A stretch of DNA of 64,000 nucleotides from Takakia lepidozioides (Eukaryota > Plantae > Bryophyta): positions 496,001 through 560,000 of the forward strand of contig CM060734.1 of the NCBI GenBank assembly GCA_030704615.1, read 5' to 3'. This document shows, piece after piece, positions 1 through 11,100 of the stretch. Each line of letters begins with the position of its first letter. The first letter of the stretch is position 1. The notes under the pieces were generated by a model that saw only the letters and a program-made list of their open reading frames with translations, had not been told where the DNA came from and did no database searches. The position numbers and the translations under genes are program-made.

Positions 1-1074
1 CAACAGATGGTTGGCCATCGAGATGATTTCGGTTTGCTTTGAGACTTGGCCAGTCTGTTCAATGTACCGTGGAAGAGGGCCCCACAGTAATATGAGATCA
101 ATCAAAATTCGTTCGATGGGCCAATGAGGCGTTCAGTTGTCATCTGGTTTTTGTTCATTGCGAAAAAGAAATCCTGCAATGCGTGCACGGCTATTGCACC
201 CATTGAACGGATGTGGTTGAAGCCCCTCTTTTGCCCGCATGTGCTTGAGCATGTGTGCGACACATGTGCGGAGACACAACAGACGAATAAATCATTTGCC
301 TCCCCATCGACACCAAGCCATTCCATAATGTAATTGAATTTAAATTAATTTTAAGCCAATAAATAGGTTTGCACTGCCTTTCATTGGGGGTTTCTGGCAC
401 ATATCGATTTTGTTTTTGGCTCAATTTTGCTCTGCGGCTTCCAGCATCCCACCACTACTCCCCCGCCAAAATTTGGACCAATCAAAAATGCCCCCAAAAA
501 AAAGTGTTGTCTTCGCTCACTATTGCAGCACTCTCTATGAAAAGTGCATGAAGTTGAACACAAATCAAGTTTGGAGTGCAAAACAAGGAAGAAACAGTGG
601 TTTTGGGTCCAAATAGATGTGGTTATTTTGCACTGCAAGTCACATCAGTGACTAAAGGGCGGCTTTGAGTACTGAGAGACAGAGAGTGTGGGAAAAGGTG
701 GGAAATTCCGACCAAACGAACAACCAACGTAGGTGCCAGAAAATAGAGAGATGACCTTCAGACCAAGGCATGTGATGTGAGTGTGGGAGGCGACCCTCTG
801 CTTCTTTGTAGTTCACTGCACCTCCTCTATCAAACTACACCTCCTCTATCTTCATCCCTGCATTCTTCTAATAAACAGGTCTTTGCCCCTAAAACTCTAT
901 GTAATGATGAGCACCTTCACTCTCCTTCTCAAGCATTTGGGTCGCCCAAGTAGTCTCCCTCTGCTTCTCGATGTATCCGTCAGCCTTCAAATTTGTGCCT
1001 CTCTCTCTGTAGTGAGAAGCAATGGATGTCCCCAAAACCGTCTCTATTTTCTTTATAAAAAACACTTCAAACAG

Positions 1075-1500
1075 GACCACCCGCACCGCGGTCCCGGCAA
1101 ATAGTACACCTTCACTCCGCACGCCACAACCCCGCACCCTCAAACAAAACCCATAAACGGGACAGGCCATTCGGCGGTCCCGACCTTAATGCTGGCCCGC
1201 GACGGTCGCCCACTTCAACCACAGGGGCAGCCGGCCGCCTACGCGGTCCCCTCAACGGGTGCGAAACGGACGACTTACAGTTGGGACCGCCGACCGCGGC
1301 GGTCCTCAAATACATTTTTTGTCATTGCAAAAACCCGCTATTTTGGGGCCGCCACAGTAATAAGCAAACGCGGTATTCCAGGACCGCCACATTGGCGGTC
1401 CCCAAATATCGCGGATATCGCGGTGTTGAACGGCCGCAATTGATTGGTTGCTCGTGGCGCGCCACGTTACGCGATTCTTGTGCGCCACGTCCCGGTCCAA
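1075..1500. repeat. GC-rich cluster of short GCGGTCC/GGACCGC motifs in both orientations (possible transposon subterminal or promoter region)
   Basis: Repeated gcggtccc / ggaccgcc words at about 1088, 1175, 1242, 1284, 1298, 1381 and 1395; TATAAAAG at about 1517, upstream of ORF 1695. Confidence 0.35.
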
Positions 1501-1694
1501 ACCTAGCGCTCAGCTAGTATAAAAGGGCCCAAAGCCCCATCATTCTCACTCAGCCTTTTTTGTGCGAGCAGTTGTTCTAGGGCCTGGGATGCATCGCGTT
1601 CACTGACCATGACAACGCACGCACTAGGGGCTCGAGGTTTGTAGGGTGGGGGAGAAGTTTTTGAAATTTTTTTTGCGTGAGTTAGCATCGGGCA

Positions 1695-2636
1695 ATGTCA
1701 GAATACATGTCCAGCACAGCGGTCGGAAGCTCCTCTGGAAGTAGGGGCAGGGGCAAGGGCAAAAAAAGGAAGCATGGGAGCCAGCGTAATAGCAATCTTC
1801 ACAAAGAAGATTATCCAGGACCGAAGGCGCTTAAGCTGGTAAGGGAGGTGGTGCACGACTACTTCATGAACACGGATCATCAACACTTGCACAATTCGTA
1901 TGTTTTCTACGGCTATGAAGGTTTCCTGAAGTTCCAGACTAATATGGAGAGAAGAATGCGGGTGGCTATGGCAGGGGATGAATGGGCCGAGGATCGGAAT
2001 AAACCGAAATTCGATCAATGGGTGGAGAGTTGGGCACAAGATGCGACGTGGAACACGCCGCAACTCGTGGAAATAATTGTTAAGAGACCAGAAGAAGGGC
2101 GACGGCCATCTTCGGAAAAGGAATTGTTTTCGCGTGTGGATTGGTGGTTTGGTATGTCGACGACTTATTCGAAGAACAAAACCAGGATTGCCCCTTGGAA
2201 GACGGACAGGTTTGCGCCCAATGAGGGCCTCAGTATCCTCTTCATCAACAAAAACGCAACCATTCACCAACTAGATAAGGCCAAAGAAGGAGGTTATGGT
2301 CGAATTCAGAAGGTGAGAATTGAAGGAGACGGAAGGATTCATACGGGTTGGGCTTTAGCGGGAAAAATGCCCAAAGATTCCAATCCAGAAATAGCCAGAT
2401 GCGAGTTTGAGCATGAGGCCATGGCAGTGCAATTCTCCCACTTTGGAGTTGTAAAGTTTATTGCTGCGCATCCACAAACGTGAGAGGTTACTCAATCTGG
2501 TGGAATGGGGGGACCATACGCGAAATGTTGGCAATTGATAAAAATGGTCAAGTGATGAGAGGGACCACCGGGAATTGTTGAGATTGCATGGGACGCCGAA
2601 GGATGTGGAGAAAGTGTACAGGATGGTGCCCAATTA
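1695..2636 (+). pseudogene. Truncated protein-kinase-like gene: unknown ~190-aa N-terminal region plus kinase N-lobe
   Basis: EGGYGRIQKV (Gly-loop), ALAGK (VAxK-like), EFEHE (alphaC), HFGVVKF (HxNIVxL-like), then WWNGGTIREML (hinge) after the stop/frameshift at 2483; no HRD/DFG seen. Confidence 0.6.
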
Positions 2637-2691
2637 GCCAACATATTTTTGCTGGAGAAGATCTTACCTTATGAAGGACTTGCTTGCTCCA

Positions 2692-3610
2692 TGTCGAGCG
2701 GCTTTTACTCACCCATCCCTTCGCTATCCGAGGTGGAAACTCCAAGATAGAAGAGTTGGATATCTCTAAGCACTCAGCCCGCTCAGAACAATCAGTCATG
2801 ACCTGCAGCTAGTGAATCATGGTTGTGCTTCCTATTTGTATTCCTTCTTGCCTTCATGTTATCAATTTATCTTACCGTGTATACTGAAGCATCAGATTGC
2901 TTCAGTATCTACTAAGTTCCCGTTAATCATGCATTCATTCCACAGCTTCACTCATGTCTCTCTACACAGTGTGATTATATCGAATAAGTATCAAATTATG
3001 ATTTATCAGGTATCAGGCCAATGCCATGGTGACTCTAATCTGCCCTACAGTATCACTACAGCTTTGCATGTAACAAGCATCTACTATTCATCTTCCCTCC
3101 TCCTCCGTGCTCTCGTTTTTGCTCTCCGACTGATCTCCTCTCATGCATGATCCAAAAGCGCTCCCCGTGAAGTGATCCCCTTCCCGTTGCCGCTCTCCTA
3201 AACTACCCGCAAGTTGTTCTAACCACCTAACTAACTAACCGTCACCCCTGAAGTAACACGTTCCCTCTGCAGATGTCGTTCCCTCACAGTCGTTCCCTGT
3301 CAATGATAACTGTTCCCCATGTACTGTGACTAGCTGTGCGAAACTATGGCGGGCTGTGACTGGCTGTGTAAAGTTGTGCGAAGCTGTGGCGGGCTGTAAC
3401 TGGTTGTGTAAAGCTGTGCGAAGCTGTGCCGGGCTGTGTGAAGCTGTGGCAGGCTGTGTCGGGTTGTGATTGGCTGTGTTGGGCTGTGTAACCCCCCCTA
3501 AAGCCTGCAGCTGCCACCCCTAAAGCTCCTGTTGGTCTCAGTCTGCGCAAAAATTAAGGGTACCCCACAGAACCCGTAAAAGTGTCTAAGTCCCAAGCAG
3601 CCCTCTAACA
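2692..3610 (-). repeat. 3' LTR of copy A
   Basis: tgtcgagcgg...cctctaaca; near-identical to 14849-15828 except in the GGCTGTG minisatellite; abuts the PPT. Confidence 0.95.
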
Positions 3611-3626
3611 TTACCCCTCCCCCTCT
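3611..3626 (-). other. Polypurine tract of copy A
   Basis: Minus strand reads AGAGGGGGAGGGGTAA immediately before the 3' LTR. Confidence 0.9.
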
Positions 3627-3648
3627 CAAAAAGCCGTATCCTCACGGT

Positions 3649-6600
3649 TTACTGTTTGGGATTAGCAAACCTTTGTGAGCGAGCACCCTTCTGACGGTGA
3701 GAGTCTCGTGAAGGACTCCGTGTGCGAGCCCGAGTCCTGTTACTGGCTGATGGAGATGATTGAGCACTACCTGGAAATGTCTGACCCTCCTTTGGCTGAT
3801 AACGAGGTAACCTCTCAGGCATAGGAGATCCCCGTCGTTTCTTCTCTGCCATCTGAAGTGCATAGTCCAAATTTATCGGAAGAAACAGTAGTATCAGAAT
3901 CCTCGTCCCCCCTTAGGTGTTTTAACGGCCAAACTTTAAGTGGAATCCTGTGTGGCATACAATGTGGTCCCACCATGTCTGGAAGTTTAAACTGTACAAC
4001 TTGCTGTAAGCGTTTGCAAGCAAAATTAGTGAACACCCTGAACTCCTTATCCGTATAGGTGAGAGATGTGCCAATGACTTTGGAACAGTGTAAGTATGTC
4101 CAGGCTTCATGTCCCTTGAAGAAAATATCCTCAGGGCCGAATTTTTGTGTTGTCAAATTGTTCCAAGCCGAATTAAACCATGAACGAAGTTGTGAATCCT
4201 TTTGCATCATGACTTTTGCATCATATAGGTACATATGAGGTGACACTGAAGGTAAAACCCAATGATCCCCACTGGAATAACTCAGAAATCGTGATTGCAT
4301 CTTCTGCTGCTCAATGTGATAGCGTGCCAGAAAACAAGCAGCATGGTATAATCCACAGCCCATGACAATACTAGATACCTCCTTTGTCTTGGTATAGATG
4401 TACCCATGTACAACCTGGAAGGCAATTAATTCCTTCAGCATGGTACATGCCTCAGACCAGTACCTGGCAAAGTGATGATCCTCAATGGGTCGATTGTTCG
4501 GAAGAACCTTTAATCCGAGTTGCCACCGGCAACCAAATGCGCATGATCTGGTAGTAATGTGCCAATGACTGCGGAGGACTAAATTCCTTCCAAGCCAAAT
4601 CCAACATAATGGGAATTTGGTTGAAGGGCATAATCATAGCCCGACTGTACTCCCATGCAGCAGGAGTCTTAGGTGGGTTAAAAGCAGCATCCCCCATACC
4701 TCAGGCTGTGGTGTGGCTGTAGTAACAACATGTTCAGCTACCTGCACAGCCGCCTGCTGTGGTATTGGTACCACTGGCCCTTCTACCACAGGCATCTCCT
4801 GCGAAGAAGACTGAAAAATTAGAGTCCTAGCATGTAAATAAGTAGCCATCAGCTGCTCCTCAGGAACAAAGACTCTTTCGTCAATATTTGAACTCATGTC
4901 ATCCACTTGAGTCTGCAGGCCTTCCACGTCCTCCTGTAGCTCCGCTATTCTACTGTAGACATTGTCTATAGTAGTTGTGGCAATGTTCTGCACCTGCAAT
5001 CTGAGCTCATTCATCTCGCCCTGGGTGAGTTTCCGTGGTGTTTTGCCTTCTACCGGCCTTTGTGCTAACCAGACCTGCATAAGGTGGTTATCCACCAAGT
5101 CGTGTGTGGCACCCCTGAGAGTCTGCTCCTCTGTGAGTCTGTACACATCTAACTGTTGCTATAAAACCTCCATGCGCTTCGCATGAGGTTCAATCAGACC
5201 CGCATAGGCAGCAGCCAGATTATTGGCTTCCTTCCGAGCTTTGTTAGCCACAGAGATACGACATACCTTCTGGCCTGGGAAGTCCCCCTTTGTAAGTGGG
5301 AGACTGTTAACCATTTCTATTGACCATGACTGTTTGTTGCAACTCTAGGATGTACCTCTCTTGGTCAGCCTCAACCTGTCGGTATTGTTTGAAAGTATTC
5401 TCATTGCGACAGATTGTATTTTTCATATCAACAATGAGTTTCGCTTGCTCTATTATCTCAGCTTCTGCCCTCATACATATCTCCCCTTGTCTGTTAACTT
5501 CTAATGCAGTTTGCTCAAGAATAGTTGTGAGTGTAGCACATTGTATGGTCATCTTCTCATGTACCGCCTCCAACTCTGTATGTAGTACATTCACTTCTTG
5601 CAACTTGCCCTCATGCTTCACCTGCAATTGGTATAACTGTTGCTTATGTGCTTCATGCAACTGGTCCTGCTTGAGGCCTGCTTCAATCAAATGTCCCTTG
5701 GCCAACTGCAAAGCAGCCTTTGTGTCCTCCAACTTTTGCTGTAACTTGAGATTGACCTCCTCATCTACCTTGTTAGCACACTCAGTGGCAATTCAAGCCT
5801 CAAACTCCTTCCTGAGTTCCTCCCTCAAAGCTGCCAATTGGGTAGATGGAACATGGGATTTCACATAAGTGCCCAACAAATTAAGTGTCATGCTTATGGA
5901 ACTCATAAGCATGGCCTGCTGAGGGTCATCATGGTGAACTTGCTGCTGTTCTCCCTGATCCTCCATAGTGTGATGCCTCACCAACCATTCAGGCCATTGC
6001 CCCACCAAATTCTCTTCCTGAACCACCTCATCCTCCACAGGTGCTGTAGTGTCCTTATATTCTACCCCTGGTACCTCCGTCACATGTGTGGGTATTACAT
6101 GTACAGCAGGGTTTTCCCTGGACAAACGCTGCACCTCTAGAACCACTGATTCCCTTACCAAGCCAGAGTTTTCATAGAGAAGGTCACCCTTCTCAATTTC
6201 AGCCACGACATGCTCTGTAGTGGGAATGTCCAACCTTTCTCCGTCCAGAGCAATTGGGGGTGGTGTCACAGCATGTTCTAACTGTGGAACCTCTAAGACA
6301 ACTGAGTCAACTGGCTGTGGTGGCTGTGGTACCAAATTGACTTCGTCTTCCCTCTCCGAAGGTCGTGCTTCCAATAATAACAGTCCCCTATGCTGCTGTG
6401 CCCCATCCTACACAAGAGCTTGGGAAACATCATCTTGTGGTTTCCGTGAAGCTAGTGGATCCACCACTACAGTCATACCCCGCTTCTGTCTCTTAGACTG
6501 GTGTTGCCCTGCCAGTCCACCCTCACTATGTGAAGAGCCCTGCTCTTCAATTGCAGTGGTTACTGCCTCAAACACTCCCAGAATGATTTGGGCAATGACT

Positions 6601-7390
6601 GGACCAGACACAATGATCGGAGACTTAGTAGCAGTGCCCTGTAACCTCTTCATCTCGTCCACCAGACCTCCGCCCAAGCTACATCCTCTCCCCTCAAAGC
6701 TTTCAAGATCTCCTCTGTGAATGACCTGCTCAAATATTGTTGGTTTTGTTTCATGGCAAACAGAACGTTCAATATTTGGCCAACTTCTCTGAGCCCTGGG
6801 TACTCAGCTTTGGTACAAGCGTAACCTTGAGTCTTAAAGAAACTCCCTTCTTGGAACAAATTCCCTATCTGCAATCTTGCCCTGTGCTCATCCACATCCA
6901 CATGACCTGATGACAAATCAAACAATTGCTGCAGGTACTGGGGAGTAATTTCTATATCTACTCCCCTCACCTGGGTAACTCCCGTCCGAGGCTCAAAGTT
7001 CCGAAGAAATTGAATCATATACTGCCGATGATGCAAGGACCAGTCCTTGCGTAGCAGCCCCTCCAATCGCAACTCCCTTAGCAGCTGCACTGCCTGCGGT
7101 GCTGCAATTGTTTGCTTCTGCAGAATCGTGGTGCTCTTCATCCTGATATCCTCCATTCCCCTCACTCTCTTCATTCTAGACAAACAAAAAGGCTTTGTTT
7201 GAAACAGCTGAAGGAAAGCTTGCAGGGCACAGAGCATGAAGGTATGGTTGGCACAGAATGGAACAGGTAAGTGCGTGTAAGCCTGTGGGGCTTGCAAGTA
7301 TCGAGTGAGAGAAAATGTACTCTCAATTCGTCCGTCCTTGCGCCACTGCGTGAGAAGTAAAGCGAGTGTGTAATCCGTTACATCCGCCAT
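3649..7390 (-). pseudogene. 3' extra ORF of copy A: plant transposon/Athila env-like N-domain, coiled coil, Trp-rich domain and RS-rich basic tail; broken by frameshifts
   Basis: ORF pieces 6650-7516, 6408-6677, 5793-6374, 5307-5732, 4634-5146, 4482-4697, 3815-4441 and 3649-3870 are colinear with copy B 44539-48302; motif QFLRNF..TQVRGVDIEITPQYLQQLFDL..GEDVAWA. Confidence 0.75.
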
Positions 7391-7959
7391 AGCTACAAAG
7401 CTAGTGCTTTGATTGCCCCTCCCGTCGAGACACTGGCTATTTGGAGCCACCCCGACTCTTCCGCTCATAACATTCCCTATTTCTTGTTCTTGTTTCTTGG
7501 AGGGAACCACCTGCATGTAATTCGCACTCCTTATTGGCTGTTACCTGCTTATTTAACTTCTTAATTTCACCCCTCTCCGTGGACATTCCCACCTGGAATG
7601 TCCAGTGGGACAGCACATGTGGCATAGGTTCCTCTTTCTTGTACTCGGAAAGTGTTCCGTTACCCTTACTCTGAATGCATTAATGGGCCCACAAATAGTC
7701 TTAGCGGCTGTACCGGGTAGGTACTTTGACGGCCCGATTTGTCTTCTTCCATGATGAGACCCACTCTTACAATCGATGCAGTGCGGTGTGCTTCGCCTTA
7801 GTGGCCACGTGTCTTTTTCTAGACATGCCCCCGACTTCCCCTCTCCGCGTGGCATATTCTCCAAGTTTGACTTCCAAACTTCTTCTTCACTTGATGGCCA
7901 CTTTTCTGACGTTAATTCGCGTCCACCTGTCACTGACCCTATGGACTGTGTAACCTGCA

Positions 7960-8112
7960 TGGGTTGTGTTGGGCTGTGACAGGCTGTGTGGCACTGTGGT
8001 GGGCTGTGATAGGCTGTGTCACGCTGTGATGGGCTGTGATAGGTTGTGTCACGCCGTGTTGGGCTGTGATAGGCTGTGTCACGCTGTGTTGGGCTGTGAT
8101 AGGCTGTGATAG
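7960..8112. repeat. 30-bp tandem repeat after integrase (GGGCTGTGATAGGCTGTGTCACGCTGTGAT-like)
   Basis: About 5 units; encodes TAYHSPxxRD on the minus strand; about 9 units in copy B. Confidence 0.9.
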
Positions 8113-11100
8113 CTATGCGAATACCTGTACTTCCCGCCCTGGTCATACACGCTCGGCTTAGCGACAAGTGCTCCATACTCCGTTGGTATCACTGGCGCAG
8201 CCCGTGACTGTTTTTGCGTTTCAATATGCAAATCATGCTGCAATGGTTTGTCATAGATACCACTGTACTCCTTCAACTTATTGGCATTGACTCTTCCCAG
8301 CATTTCTTTGTTAATGGTTTGTAGCATGGCGGTGTTATTATCATACATCTTCTGTATGACATAAGGTCCTTTCCATGGTGATTTAAGCTTAGAAGCTTTA
8401 ATCTTCCCCTTCTTCTGCAACCACAGTACCAAATCTCCCAACTTAAAAGTCTTTAATTTACCTTCATCAAACTGATCCTTCCTCTTCATCTGAATTCTGG
8501 TCATGTTATCAGCTGCATCAGCACGTACTTCTTCCACATGGTATAATTCATGTTTCCTGACCTTAATTGAATCTTCCAATTCCATTCTCCTTCCCCATTC
8601 AGTTCTCATGGTAGGTAACAAGAATTCCACTGGAAGTAAAGCTTCCATACCATAAACTAATTGGAATGGTGTATACTTAGTGGTGACTTTATATGAGTCT
8701 TGTATGACCACAAAGCTGTCAGCAGCTTTGTATCCCAATCTGTTCTGTTTGCATTGACTATCTTAGCCAAGATAGTACATAGTATTTTGTTGGTAGCCTC
8801 TGCCTGCCCATTACCCTGTGGGTAATATGTTGCACTCTTCCTATGCACAATCATGAACTCTTTAGTCAATAGTTCAATGGTCTCATTAATGAAGTGACTT
8901 CCCTGGTCACTGATAAATTTCAGGGGACAGCCAAATCGTGTAAGTATGTTCTCATACAGAACCTTGCTGTGGACTTAGCTGTGTTGTCCCTCAGAGCTTT
9001 AGCTTCCATCCACTTTGTAGTATAATCAGTGGTTGTGATTATATACTTGTTTTGTGTGTTCTTGGCTGGTGGGTTAATTGGTCCAACAAAGTCTAGTCCC
9101 CATTTCTGAAATGGTTCAGTAGACATCGTAGGATGCAAAGCCATCTTCCCAGATCTCTGCAAAGGTCCTAGCCTCTGACACTCATCACAACTCTGACAAT
9201 ACTTGTGTACATCCTTGAACAAAGTAGGCCACCAGTAACCTGCAAGTAGTATCTTTCTACTGGTAGTCTCTTCTCCAAAATGACCTCCAGCCACTCCTTT
9301 ATGAACTTCCTCCAAAACTTTATTTACTTCATGGTGGTACAAGCATCGTTTAAGTACTCCATCAGGTCCTAGCTTATACATTCTGCCCCCTACCATAGTA
9401 TAAGGTAAAGCCTTGATAGCGATTCTCTTCCTCTGCTCCTTTCCATAACTAGGTGGGCACTGACCATGAGTAAGGTAGTATCTGATTGGCCACTGCCAAT
9501 CTAACCAGTCATCTGCACTTCCCTGCACCTCCACTGCAAATAAACTCGCATCAGGTAATTGGTCGTCTACTCCTATGGCAGGCTCTCCTGTTGATAGGCG
9601 TGACAAGTGATCTGCCACAAGATGCAAACGGCCAGACTTGTAAACAACTTCGAACTCAAACTCGTGCAAGATTATTAACCACCTTGTTATCCTTCCACTT
9701 ATCAAAGGTTTGTTCACCAGATATATCAGAGCCTGGTGATCCACATAAAACATAAATTTTCTTCCCAATAGGTAATGCCTGAATTTCTTGACTGCATAAA
9801 TCATTGCCAGTGCTTCTCTTTCAGTTGTGCTATAGTTCCTTTCAGCTGTTCATCAACCTGCTAGCATAGTACACAGGTGAATCTATATTTCCTGTAATAT
9901 TTTGGGCTAACACTGCTCCCAACGCTTCTCCTGAGGCATCACAGTGAACATGAAATACTACATGCCAGTGAGGGTTAATCAGCACAGGTGTAGTTGTTAC
10001 TGACAATGTAAGTTCCTCAAAAGCCTGTTGACATTCAGCTGTCCATGCAAACACTGCATCTTTCTTCAAAAGCTTGCTCAATGGTGCTGCTATCTGTGCA
10101 TACCGTCTGACAAATCTTCTGTAATAACTGGTTTGTCCAAGGAATCTACTTAGACTCTTAACATTTACTGGTGGTGGAGAGGCTTTAATGGCCTCTATCT
10201 TTCTGGGATCCACAAGAAGTCCCCTCTTACACACAATGTGTCCCAAAAGCACCCCTGAGTTCACACAGAAAGTACACTTCTCTGGATTCAGGCCCAGACC
10301 TCTCATCCTGCATCTGGCCAAACATAACTCCAATTTATGCAAATGCTCATTCTTAGAGCTGTACACACTGAAATCATCCAAGAACACCTGCATGAAATCA
10401 TCCAGATACTCATGAAAAGATTCACTTATCACTCTCTGAAAGGTTGCTGGTGCATTACAAAGTCCAAAAGGCATGACTTTGTATGCATAAGCACCCCAGT
10501 CTGTGATGAAAGCTGTCTTTCCCTAGTCTTCTTCTGCCACTTGCACTTGATTATAACCACTAAAGCCATCCATGAATGAGTACATCTCATGGCCTGCCAC
10601 AGTGTCCAATATCGCTTCTGTGAATGGCAAAGGGAAATGATCTTTCTTCGTGCAAGCATTCAACTTCTTATAGTTCACACAAACTCTCAGTTTACCATTA
10701 TTCTTGGGAACTATCACAATGGGTGACAACCAAGTTGTATACTCTATCGGGTATATAAACTTAGCCTCAGCCAACTTCTTGATCTCTTCTCCAATCTTTT
10801 GTGCATAGTTAGGATTCATTCTATACCATGCCTATTTGATTGGTATTGACCCTGGTTCCAGTTCAATCTTATGCTAACAGATCTCAGGTGGTATCCCTTT
10901 TAGATCCTTGTAGCTCCAAGCAAATACATCTCTGTATTTGATGAACAAACTCTTAGCTTCCTCAAAGAATTCTGGCTCCAAATCAGCCCCTACCTTCACC
11001 ATCCTCGGTTCCTCTTCAGTTCTCACATTCAGTTCTCTCACCTGCTCATCAGCTGTGATTGTCCAACCAGTCACCACTTCATCCTGTAAACTCACAGTGG

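Noticed and set aside
2812-3550. ORFs within LTRs (also 14976-15768, 44081-44568 and 56406-56926)
   Set aside because: Low-complexity translations of LTR and minisatellite DNA; frames not conserved between copies A and B.
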